Shown: piece by piece, positions 1 through 11,496 of the stretch | Layout of the letters: every line of letters starts with the position of its first letter | Position numbering within the stretch: position 1 is the first letter of the stretch | From: Halocafeteria seosinensis | Taxonomy: Eukaryota | Direction: 5' to 3' | DNA length: 33,367 nt | NCBI GenBank assembly: GCA_001687465.1 | Contig: LVLI01000518.1 | Span: forward strand, 1-33,367 | Translations under genes and position numbers: made by a program | Notes under the pieces: generated by a model | Databases searched by the model: none | What the model saw: the letters and a program-made list of their open reading frames with translations, nothing else | Told to the model about the DNA's origin: nothing

Positions 1-447
1 GGGGATAGTATTTTCATTGAAACCACTGGCCAGACATATAGTGTGGACCTGCGGACGATGAAGTGTTCTTGTGGTGTGCCTGACACTGATGCACAGCCAT
101 GTGTTCACCTATTGTGTGCAGCCTCGAAAAACGGCATCCCGGACACTTCTCTGTTCAATCATGATTACTACACTGTGGCTCGTTGGTTGCAGCAATATCC
201 ACAAGAAGAGGAGTTTCCAGTTGTCACTTTCCCTGGGCTCAGAGAGTACGTGAAACAACACGGGTACACTGATCCAGCAGACGCGAAGCTTCGGCTACCA
301 CTCATGGGCCCTCCCCCGAAAGGTCGACCTCCTAAAAACACCAGAATCATGGGAGCGGTTGAGAGAGCGCAAAAGAAAAGCGTTGTGTGCTCCATATGCC
401 AAACTCGTGGTCATAATGCACGAGGCTGCCCGAAGCGCCGTGCCTGA
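1..447 (+). CDS. Mutator/MULE transposase, C-terminal part (5'-truncated by window edge): SWIM zinc finger + zinc knuckle
   Basis: Frame is open from base 1 (GDSIFIETTGQTYSVDLRTMKCSCG...PCVHLL), giving the SWIM CxCx(n)CxH motif. It is followed by PPPKGRP and a terminal CSICQTRGHNARGC (CxxCxxxGHxxxxC knuckle), the typical MULE C-terminal order. AATAAA at 501-506. Confidence 0.85.
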   Translation, partial: GDSIFIETTGQTYSVDLRTMKCSCGVPDTDAQPCVHLLCAASKNGIPDTSLFNHDYYTVARWLQQYPQEEEFPVVTFPGLREYVKQHGYTDPADAKLRLPLMGPPPKGRPPKNTRIMGAVERAQKKSVVCSICQTRGHNARGCPKRRA

Positions 448-921
448 AGATGTGCAGCGTAGTTATGCCACCTTTCCACGTTGTATGCATTCACGCGTTA
501 AATAAAGATCGTAACTCGTCTTCTCCAATGAAATATACGTATTATCCAGCTAATTTATCCCGTCACAACTAGAACCCGAGCACCAAAGTTCGTCGGGTGG
601 CAGTCACCTCATCGATCCACTATCCTCGTCCGTGTTCATTTCTGTATATTATACCGTTACGTCAAAGTGCCGCCAGCATCTTTACCGCCCATACATGCCA
701 AATACGTCCATCGTAGAGCTTGCAAATGCATACGCATCCTCTGTTTTACATTGCGCCTACACTGCCGCCAGGAGAGGGTTTAGATCAGCTACAGTGGCAT
801 TAAGAAGGCATTTCCGTCAAACAAACTCCAATATGAATCTGCATACTGAAATAAAATAATTCAAGTATCATTCTACAAACATCAAAAATACAGCGACAAT
901 ATATACTCCTCGTTTAACTCT

Positions 922-1032
922 GTTAGTGCCGAATTGAACACTGTGTCCTAGCCGTTAGTGCAGGTTCGAGCAGAAAGTTTGTGGGGTTAGTGTAGATTCG
1001 AAATCACAAACTTGAGTTAGTGCATTTTTGAA
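922..1032 (+). repeat. Four 17-bp subterminal repeats, period 32/32/30 bp
   Basis: gttagtgccgaattgaa (922), gttagtgcaggttcgag (954), gttagtgtagattcgaa (986), gttagtgcatttttgaa (1016). Confidence 0.75.
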
Positions 1033-2290
1033 ACCACCGGTAAAAGATAATGAACTCTACATCTAGGTCCCATCTAGGTCCTTTCGCAACTCATCGATCG
1101 GCTCCCATGTGTTTTCAGAAGAAACCCCACCCATTTCCCTTGGGTACCGTGGGTGTGGTACCCAAACCCACCGGTATATTCAATACCGAAACTGAGAATG
1201 GGGGGGTGAACCCGTCAGTGTTGAAGGGTTTCGACGCACGTATGACGTGTGTGACATGCACACTTGTAAGCTCGTGGGCGGGGGTGTTTTTTGCAATGAT
1301 TAAGGAATATGATTTCAGAATGGAGCAACAACGATTGTATGAAAAATGACAAGGATCTATAGGATTCAAAGTTACAGCTGTTTTACCGGTATTGTTTGTC
1401 CGGCCACATCGGTCGGTGTGTCCGGTATTGCATCATACTGGCAGCTCCAAGGTACAGTGATTCACCGTCAGAGAAGCTAGCAAAACTCCATGCGTCCTTC
1501 AGTTTGTTCTTTCGTCTGCATCGTGATTTATCTTTGGACAATGCTTCTTCGTGTGACTGGCTGCTTCTTGGGTCGCATGAGGCACTGCCTGGACCATTTC
1601 ATGTTGTTGATTCTGGTTTGTCCCTGGTAGTAGTAGCAAAACAGTCTGCTTTAATTGCTGTTCAGAGTCTCCCTTCCTCTCTCCAACGGTGCATTAACTT
1701 AATTTGAGCTCATCCGCTAGCCGGAACGACACGAGAACTGAGCCCATCTCAATCGACGTCGTCTTCGCGTTAACTGCATAGGCCACCATTGTCACACCCA
1801 AGAACCATGTCTGGTGCTCCAACGTCCGTCTACTGCTACGCTTGTTGAGGCTGCTAAAGAAGAACGCCTTGTCCTTGTGTGCATTGATCGATTCCCAGAA
1901 GGCATCGTGGTTTACCGGTAAAAGGTAAGATGATCCTGCGACCTAACAGGGACGGCCCCGGAGGGAACTTAAAAGGGGGCAAAAAAGGTTGCCCCTTCCT
2001 GCGACCTAGGAGTAACGGAGAACGAGAGGTGTTTAAGGGAAATCCCATGAATTCATGGGTCATTTCACCTGTTCATACGGCTGGAATGGGGTGGATGAGA
2101 TCCGCAGAGCTCCTCCAAGCTCCCGGTGAAGGGAGTGTTGTGATACAAACGAGGACGTTCCATGGGATTTAACTCCCCGGTTGAACCGAGCTGTATGACA
2201 CTCAATCATTAAGTTCATGTCATCTTTTCCACACTGTATTTTCTCTTGCAGAGTTCCTCTTTGTCGAGCGGAGCGTATTCCCAGAGAAGG

Positions 2291-4799
2291 ATGTCGTCTG
2301 TGAATGGGAGTGGGTTCTCGGCCTCCGGGAGACGGTTAGAAGTTCCCCCGCGAAGCCCAAGCACCGATCGTCTGTCAAAGACCAATTCCTTCAAAAGTCC
2401 TCTGGCATCCGGAGGCGAGAGTTTTTGGAAAACCAACTTTCGGAATCTAGAACAGAAACAGCGGACTCAAAATGCGGATTACTCCAGATCCCTTGGCTTG
2501 GGAGAAGACGATGAGGAAGGGACAAAACACAACGAAAACTATCAGACGAATTTTTCGCTTCCTCCAAGGAACAAGGGTCTCAAAAAGCCACCGTCACCCC
2601 ATACTCCGATGTCCCAGGGAAGGTTCTGGGAAGACAGAGTTCAGTTTGGTTCCAGTTCCAAACTTGAATCGCATGATTCCGTGGAGCAAGAAATGCAGAA
2701 CCATGGGAGCCCCAGTGCTAAGAACAGTGCGCACCATCAGGAATCTGGAGTACATGCAAGATCTGATCAACCGTATTCGCCAGAGTCAAATTCGAGGTAT
2801 TCTCCGGATCAATTTGCGGACTCCCATGGTACCTCTCCTCCCATGTCTCAGTCTGAACTTAACGGTAGTCCCCCGGGTGGTTTTCCTTACATGTCTGCTA
2901 TTCGCGAAAACCGTAATTCCAATGAACAAGATAACGAGCCACAGCAAATGCACCATTCGCAGCCAGTGAGAGGGAATAGAAAAATGGATGACTCAGAAGC
3001 AAACCAACAGGAGGGCCCTCATTCAGGTCCGGTCGGGTTACCCGCTCCAAAGAAAAAAGGCGGTGCGTTACCTCCAATTCAGTCTCAGAACAAGAAACAG
3101 CCACCGCTGGAAAAGCGCGATCCTCTCTTGCAGCCACAGCGGGATGATCGCTTCAGTACTCCTGAGCAAGTGCAAAACCCAGCGGAGCATGATCAAAGGC
3201 GGAGTCGTCAGAAACGGGGCTACCAATCACGACGACCATACGACGAATCACAACTAGAGTCAGGACGGGACAAAGAGGAGGCTCAATGGAATCGACAACA
3301 ATACAGCCAACGAGTGCCGGTTGAGGATGAAGCAGCTGGTCCGTCTGCGCACCGACCTCAACGAATTGCCCTTGATAAGGACGAGGATTCCTCCAGTGAT
3401 AATGAGGAGGAAAACGTTAGAGTAGTTGCTCAGACAGAGGACGATGCTCAAGCTTATGCTCTTCAACACCACGAATCCTGGACTGAGAGAGTTCAAGAAA
3501 TGCCCCCACAAGGGCAACCCATTCAAGGACGTGGAAAGCGGAAGTCTGTTGACGAGGTGGATACCAGACGGTATGGTAATGAGCTCGACAAACCAAAAGC
3601 GGAGGATGAACGGACAAGGAGAAAATCTGTGGAGGGTCGACAACGAAGAAAGTCATCAGAAGGACGAGAAAGACGCAGATCTATTGAAGATGGAGAAAGA
3701 CGAAACGCTGGAAAAGAGCGTGTCAGGAAAAATTTGGTCGAAGAACGAGAGCAGGGAAGTCTTCCAGACGCATATCCACCTCGTGGGAAAAATGCGTTCC
3801 AATCTCGGGAGGAAAGCCCTGAACGCAAGAGTGGTTCTGGTCGACCGGGTCGTGGCTCCGGTGGAGAGCCAAGTACACGGACGGAGGAGGGGTCTCATAG
3901 GCCTCTGTATCCTGTGAGCTCGTTTTCACATAACTTTGAACCATTGCTATTTGATACCGACAGGAACACGATCGGAAGCACCCCCATGATCGGTATTTCT
4001 GATAAGCTTCCGAGGCACCAATCGTTGCTGGTTCGGATTCCTATGGGAGATGGACAGTTTATGGAACTGATCGAAGGACAGTATATAAAACGATGCGTCT
4101 TGAAAGGATGGCTAGAAAAGAAACCTCATCCGCTTCTGGCCCTCTTCAAGAACTGGTCGGTCAAGTACTGTCGCGTCCACGTGCATACTAAAGTGGAGCG
4201 TGTTCCCGCTTATAACGGAGTAGGTTTCAGTTTGGATGAACGGGTAGATAGTGCATCAATCAAGTTCTATCCAGACAGCAAGTAGGTATAGCTCAGTGAC
4301 ACGAACGTGTGCCGTCCCTTTATCAGTGTTTTCTCGTGTTGCAGGCTCAGCACAGATCCTATTGACTTTATACCATTGTATGGACAAACCGCATATAGCG
4401 TCAGCGATGAAAAGATTCTTTCGAAACACCCCGGATGCTTCAAGGTATGTCGGATTGCATAACCGAGTCTGCCACGTACCTTCTTTCACGCTCCTTTCTT
4501 CCACCTTGCGCTTGTCTTGTGTTCATCGCAGATTAGCAACGACGGTAATGAGAGTTATTATGCGCCCGCCAGCTCTGAGTCCGGTAAACGTGTTCGGAAA
4601 GACCTAATACGCTTAGGCAGGCTATGGAAACGTACGTCGTTTATCGATATAACCTTTGTTGTCCATGTTGAGAGTTGTATGTCATTTTTTGTTTCTGCTT
4701 CAATTTTCAGGTGCAATAAATGCTGCTGTCAATTCGAAAGGCCGATTGTTTGTTGAAAAATTCAAGCGCAGTTCAGAAAGCGGCTCGTCCAAAGCTTGA
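2291..4799 (+). CDS. PH-domain protein, paralogue A (~759 aa; disordered N-terminus, C-terminal PH domain)
   Basis: Exons 2291-4281, 4345-4444, 4532-4631, 4711-4799 join in frame via GT-AG introns. PH-like features are LKGWLEKK...KNWSVKYCRV...IKFY...PIDFIPL...HPGCFKI and a terminal helix LWKRAINAA. The start ATG is uncertain because an acceptor-like ttctcttgcag lies at 2241-2251. Confidence 0.8.
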
Positions 4800-5902
4800 A
4801 CGGATTATATGATATACGTGTATATATTTTCTTATTGTCCAGACGGTATGTAAAGATCCCTTCCCGACGCCACGTCAACCGAGTGTTACAGGAATTCAGC
4901 GTACGTTGCATCAGGAGTAACTCCTGCTCCCGAAACAGCAACAACAGCGACAATATACACTATACAGTGTGTGATACTGCTGTATTCATGATTTTACCCC
5001 AAATATGTTGCCACTACCTCGGATGCTCCTCGTACTGACTTCGTGTTGTGGTCGGTCGGTCAGGTCCAACTTGAAACTTCCACGAGCCAGCTGAGGGATC
5101 GCACTGCCGACCAGTGCGACTTGCTCTTCAAGAACCCAGAAGAAGGACGATACGACGGTCGATTTGACCTCCAAGGAAGGCGTCTTTGTTGATTTTGAGG
5201 TGAACTCGTGCAGCACAGGACTTTATGCATGATTGATTTCATTTCTCTCGTGTCCATCCCAGCAAGTGATTGTAAGTCCCAGGTGTTCTGCTGCTGCTCA
5301 TTCAGGTCCAGAATTTAGCCCCTCCCGTCTCGATTACGGCACCAGTATAGACGATATAAGGTGAGTACACCCAGAGCTGTTTTTGTTTTTTTCTTCTTCT
5401 TCTGAAGAATGCTGTTGCTGTGGCTGCTGGGAGCATGCACCCATGTTTGTGGAAGAGAAGATGGCGGCGGAAAGTGGCTTTCTCTACGCCTTTCTCATGT
5501 GTGCATCATTCCGTTCCGTTGTATATGCGTATTCATGGAATTTCCTTATTTCATTCTGGGGAGTATTGTTCAGCCGTAATGAAGAGTTGACGTCGTTATC
5601 TGTATCTGCAGTTCCCCCCACGAACAGGCGCCTCCATTTCAACGGAACTATTCCCCCTATGCATCAAATATCGCTGATTCCGTGGTAGGAGAGCATTCTA
5701 CACAGACCGAACGAGCAGGAGAGGCGCGTTGTTTGAGAGTCGGTTGGTCGGCCCATGAATGCGGTTCGTAGGACATGAATTTTGGGAAGGAGGAATTGTA
5801 ACTGTGTGAAAAGGCCATGGACACTTCTTGCTTGAACGAAACACACGGCTTTTCTGTATCACAGTGACGGATATAGGCGGCGCATCATTGTTATAAAGCG
5901 AG

Positions 5903-8900
5903 ATGGCGTCCGAGGTAGAGGACTGGGCAAATCCGACTCAGCAGAAACAAACCACCGCTTCGAAAGGCAGACAGAAACTGATGCAAATGACGACCAGTTT
6001 TGCTGATTTCCTGAAAACTCCATCGTCGAACAATCTTTCTGGTGATGCTGAGTCTTCAAAAGAGGCCCACGTGCAAGCTTCTTCAGAAGCGAAAACTGCC
6101 GGACAACAGCCAGTGGCCAAAACCCCAAACCGAGGCTTTAGCTTCCGCTTTTCCCAAACGCCCGCTGGTGGAACAGCCGCTACATCCAACAATGCATCAT
6201 CTTTTGAGAGGCCTGAAAGTGTTAGTCGACACCGCGGAGGAGACCCCTTAGGTTCTCTTGATTACACTGAGGAGGAAGCGCTTGCATCGAAAGCACCAGA
6301 ACACGAAGGAGATTACCCTACTCGTGGTAGAGCCAAAACGAAGAAGAAGAAACCGAGTAGAAATCGCTCGCACACGGGATCTCAACCTCCCTCCACGACT
6401 ACGGCAGACGATGCACAGAGCGGTAGGGGAAATGCAGTACCCAAGGGCCCCAAAAGTCCCTCGGGCTTAGTACCCTCTCAGTTTGGATTTGTTCAGGCCT
6501 CGAAACAATCAAGCAATGACGAGCAGCAGCAAGAGAACCAAGCCTCGCTTTCTCCTCCACGAACTTTGCCTCCTATGGCATCCCAAGCCCCCTCTCCGAC
6601 CCTGACTAGCACGTCAAGTTTTTCTACAAAACAGAGTTCTGGACTCTCCCCCAAGCGATCTATGAACAAGTTGAAAACCGAATCATTTTTCGGGGGAGAC
6701 AGCCAAACGGGAAATCGGCTACTCAAGCCGCAGCAGGGAAGTCAGACCACGTCCACCGACTCCACTGCTGTCCCGGAGAGTGGCGAGAGTCCGAAGGGTG
6801 CTTTGCCAAAGGTTACAGTAAACCCACGACAATCATCTCCCAGTGGTGGATTTCATTTTGGATTCTTCTCAGACCAGCACGCTGAAATGACAACCACCAC
6901 AACCGCCAACACGCACTCTACTCACGCGCCCAGTCCACCACAGGACTCGCCGGAGCCTCCAGGCAACAGTCAGGTGCAGCTTTCACTAAAAAAGACGAAG
7001 TCTGGCAAGGGTAAATCTTTTGACAATTTAACTCCGACGAACAAAATAAAAAAGCAAACGCTTTTTAATAGGCATTTTGATCCTGAAGGTGAAAATACAG
7101 ATTCGCTAGCTCAAGCTTCCCGTAATGCGCATTCCGTGGAACTCAATGCCTCCTCACAGTCTCAAAAGAAACAGGGGCATTCGTCAACCTTGGATACCGG
7201 GGCTGATGAAAACGACGGTGGGTTTCAAGTTTCTCCTACGGTATCTCCCTCGGGGGCCTTCCGCTTTGCGCGAGGTCACTCCACTGGCAACTCGGAGGTT
7301 CCCGTGGAGAGCATTGCAGATACGAATACTTTGCAATCCATAGATCTAGAGCAACTAGAGCAAACACCTGGTCCTCAAATGCGTGACGAACACGACGGAA
7401 AGCCGCATCCGAGTCTAAAGCAGGTTGGTTCTAAGGCGGGCATGATGGTGGACTTCTCCAGCCCTTCTAGCGGAGATCAGAAAGAGTTTCTCTTTAGGAA
7501 GCATATGGGTGACAATGACAGCCAAGAGGTGGAATCCAAGCAACATTCGCAGTGGGCCATGCTCTCGTCTCATAGTGGTACACGGACAAGTCAAGGGACT
7601 GCGACTATTTCTGATACCAACGCAGTCGCGACCGAGGTCTTGCCTTTAGGCGGGACCCCCGGGTCGTTTCGACTTAAGGCAACGCACAGCTCTCATCCAA
7701 CATCGGGTGACACTCCAACTTCCTCAGCAGGTCAGGATGGTAGTGGTGACACTCAAACCAAACCGACAGCGGTCGATGAACACCATTCAGATTTCAGTAA
7801 AGGCTTTCGGGTACCGAAGTCCAGCCCTACACAAAGCGAGAAGAAGGAGTTCTTATTTGAACGACACTTGCCCAAAAACGAAGATCATCCCTTGGAACAG
7901 GAGGCAAAAGACGCATATAAGCAACGCGGAAAGCAGCAGCACTCGACTCCATCGGAAGAACAATCTAAAGAATTTACGCCTTTGCAGAGTGATAGTCCAT
8001 CAAGTAGAGTGTCCAAGTTAAAGGAAAAGAATCATGAAGAAGAGGCAATATTGGAATCGAATATAGAAGACTCCTCTAACGCACCGCAGAATACGTCAAC
8101 AAGGATCACAGAAGAGGACGAAGACGACTCCGATCACTTAGAAGAAATGGATGACCTTAACAAGTTTCTTGGTAAGCCAGTGTCGGCGCGTGAAGACAGC
8201 CAAAACCAGACTCGAAAGGAGACATGGCGCCACTCAGATGACGATCGGCAGAATCATACCACATTATCGATGGCAGTTGGTCAAGACGAGGAATCTTCTG
8301 ATATACAGGATTCAGTGAAGGAAATACCCAGCGATTACGCTCAATATCAAATACCGCCGGCAGCATTAGGATCATCTAACGTACCAGAAGAAAATTCTTC
8401 ACGAGTCGCTTCATATGTGCACACAAGTGGCAGTGGACAATCTTCCCCAGCTAAAAAGGAGGGCGAAATTCAGACGGTAGCGGATGATGATTATTCCGGG
8501 AGAGTTACCCCCGACGTAAACGTTGCCAGCAAACAGAGAGTTTCCATTGATAAGGGGAGAAAGTCGGCCGCGGAATCGGCAAGGTCTCAAAGCTCCTATG
8601 GTGATCAAACGGGAAAAGGGGAACAGCCTGAAGTAGTCTACGGCGATGTCTATTCTCATGCTGATTCCGGGAGGGAGTCAATCCAGCCGGATCACTCGAT
8701 GGGTTCGTCCAGTGTGAAGAAAGGGAAGGCGTCAATAGATAGACCCAGTGGTTCTCCCGAGGTAGCCAACATTGCAGGCACAAATGACGTCGGAAGCAGA
8801 GATAAATATCAACGTCAACGCTACGAGGAAAGTGATCAGACAGGCAATGGCATGGAACTGCCTACGGTGTACGGGGACCGTGAGTCTGATACAGACGCCC

Positions 8901-11496
8901 GTACCTCTGCAGGAGACGGACGAAGGAGGTCAATCCAGCCGGAACAGTCGACCGGTTCGTCAGGTGACGGGAAGGGAAAAGAATCCGGAACAGATAGACA
9001 CAATGGTTCGTTCCAGGTAGCCAACAGTGCAGAAACAAATGATATGAGCAGCACTGATAGATACCAACGTCGACGCTACGAGGAAAGTGATCAGACGGCT
9101 AGTGGCATGGAGCTCCCCACGGTGTACAGGGACCGTGAGTCTGATACAGACGCCCGTACCTCTGCAGGAGACGGACGAAGGAGGTCAATCCAGCCGGAAC
9201 AGTCGATCGGTTCGTCAGGTGACGGGAAGGGAAAAGAATCTGGAATAGATAGAAACAATGGTTCGTTCCAGGTAGCCAACAGTGCAGAAACAAATGATAT
9301 GAGCAGCACTGATAGATACCAACGTCGACGCTACGAGGAAAGTGATCAGACGGCTAGTGGCATGGAGCTCCCCACGGTATATGCGGACCGTGGGTCTAAT
9401 AACGACGCACGTAGAGACGACCAGACGCACCGCAAGGAACAGTTGTATGAAGAAGAGGCTACAGGTCGTAATGAAGGTTCTGACGTTCACGAATCCTTGC
9501 GAAAGTCGAGAAAGCCAACGTCACGTAGTAAGCAGCCTAAGCAGTCCGATAGGCGCCGTACTTCGTATGGTGACCAAACAGGCAAAGGAGCAGTACCTGA
9601 AGAATTTGCCCACGATTATGCGCAGTACTCTCGCGCTTTGGATTCCGCGAGGAATGAAGACAACCAAGAAAAGTATCTTCCTAACGAGGCTTCTTCACCC
9701 GAGGGAGAAAGCGCAAGAGAACGAGTAGCGTCGGATTTCTTTGACTCGCACCGGGACTCCCGGGATGAAGTCCAATTTCACCGCTCTCAGAAAGGAGCTT
9801 CTCGTAATATGCACGTGCCTCAGAGGACCCGAGCTAATGAACAATGGGTTGAAGACGCCTCTGCAGTTGATATTCCCGAGTTGCAAGAAAGTTCACACCC
9901 GACAGTGTCGACGACCTCTAAAAGGGAGAGGAAGCAACCTAGTTCATTCTGGAAGCATAAGGGCAGAGGATCTCAATATAACACGAAGAAGGTTGCTCCG
10001 GTCGACCCTGGAGATTCCCCGCGAGAATTCAGCGAGAATGAGAGCGCAAGAAGTCGAGACACTCACGCATTTACCGCCAATCATAAGCGCTCTTCCTTAG
10101 CACATTTGGACTTAGAAAACTCCCAGTACGATCAAGAACAAGTATATGCAACGTCGGGAGACCATAGACCTCGGCGCCGAAGTACAAACGGCCGTGAGGA
10201 GTATAGCGCAGCTCCAAGCTTGGCATACTCATCCCTCGAAGAGACCAGCGGTTCCAATACAGGGGCTGGACACAACGTCGAGGCTAGTAGTCCCCAAGAT
10301 GACGGTTACCACGTATCGAGTCATGAGTCACCTCGGACTGCTCAGCATCAAGCTGCAGAATCTACCCTAACGAAGAGTAGTGCTCGTTCCCCGGCTGGTT
10401 CTAAACGTCAATACCAACCATCCCGGAAAGGATTTTTTGGTGACACGTACCCAGCAGGGCAGCGTTTTACAGAACAAAGTGCCGCTGCTTCTCCTAACGG
10501 CTCTGGTTCTGAAGAGGCAAATGACAAAGCACAAGCCATGGCTGTATCTTCCGCAAGAGGAAGTCGCACTCAGCTTCCGGACGATGGCACCTCGGCGTCC
10601 GGTTCCGCAACAACTTCCACTTTCCGGAGGCACCCTGTATCGCAATACTCTCACAATTTCACCCCTGTCTTATTCAACACTGCGGAAAACTGCATTGAGG
10701 GTGTTGCCCAGATGGGTATCATGGATCCGATACCGGAAGGGAAGCATTTGATGGTCCGAGTTCCAAGTGGGAAAGGGTTTGTTGAACTCATAGAGTCTCA
10801 AACATTGAGGCGATGTGTCTTGAAAGGATGGCTTAAGTATCGATCGCCTAATGGTATGACTGCATTTTTCAAAGGATGGACATCCCGCTTCTGTCGTTTG
10901 ATTCTAAATACCAGGATCGAGCGAGTTCCAGCGTACAATGGATTAGGCTTCAGTCTCGATGAGAAAGTTGACAGTGCATGGCTGCTCTTTTACGAAAAGC
11001 AAGGGTAAGTATCCACTGCTGCTGTAGCGAAGTTATCCGTGGTAGTTACACTGATGAATCATCACGTACAGAAACGCTGACAATCCTTGGGATGGCATAT
11101 CCTTGGCCAACAAACGAGCGCAATTCGTTGAAGACTCAAAGATTGCAAGCAAGAATCCGGGAGCTTTTGAGGTATGTCAGCGTATATATGCGTTGATGAC
11201 TGTATGTACATGCTAGGATACTGAGGTTTTCGTCGTACAGCTACTTCATGATGACCATTCGGAAAGAATACTCGCTCCAACAGTTGATCCGAACAGGAAA
11301 AAGCAAAAATCAGCTAAGGACTTAGAAAATCTGGCGAAGTATTGGAGAAGTAAGCAATTTTGCGTATTAAGAATAAATGAGATCAACGTGTCCACGCTTT
11401 GGCTTTGCTACAGGGTCGATCAACGCTGCTACAAAAACCATTGGAACTTTGTTCGTTTCGAGATTCAAGAGGAGTGATATAGCGCACTCGACCTAA
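5903..11496 (+). CDS. PH-domain protein, paralogue B (~1797 aa; very long Ser/Gln/Gly-rich disordered N-terminus, C-terminal PH domain)
   Basis: Exons 5903-11004, 11072-11171, 11241-11349, 11414-11496 join in frame, with the same intron positions and phases as paralogue A. PH-like LKGWLKYR...KGWTSRFCRL...LLFY...NPGAFEL...YWRRSINAA. Confidence 0.82.
8670..9391 (+). repeat. In-frame coding tandem repeat, 255-bp (85-aa) unit, ~2.8 copies
   Basis: tacgaggaaagtgatcagac recurs at 8822, 9077 and 9332; gtcaatccagccgg recurs at 8677, 8929 and 9184. The later copies are near-identical and the first is diverged. Confidence 0.95.

Larger units (their letters stand above)
1..1035 (+). mobile_element. Right arm of a MULE DNA transposon, probable terminal inverted repeat ending at ~1035
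   Basis: The transposase tail is followed by four spaced copies of a GTTAGTG-x(4-5)-TT(Y)GA motif at 922, 954, 986 and 1016, ending ...TTTTTGAAACC at 1035. The left end is outside the window, so the boundary is inferred. Confidence 0.55.

Noticed and set aside
922..1032. Regularly spaced repeats resembling a mini CRISPR array
   Set aside because: Units are only 17 bp and degenerate with ~15-bp gaps, the context is eukaryotic with no cas genes, and transposon subterminal repeats explain them.
1396..2172. Short ORFs and a 12-bp direct repeat (tcctgcgaccta at 1934 and 1997) upstream of paralogue A
   Set aside because: No recognisable protein motif or consistent splice model; may be UTR or decayed sequence.
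4420..4445. Apparent frameshift at the end of exon 2 of PH paralogue A
   Set aside because: Careful reading gives CAC CCC GGA TGC TTC AAG|GT, in frame and matching paralogue B's 100-bp exon.
4860..5460. Minus-strand fragments (MGACSQQPQQQ..., MDTREMKS...) between the PH paralogues
   Set aside because: Early stops in all frames, no convincing splice path and no recognisable family.
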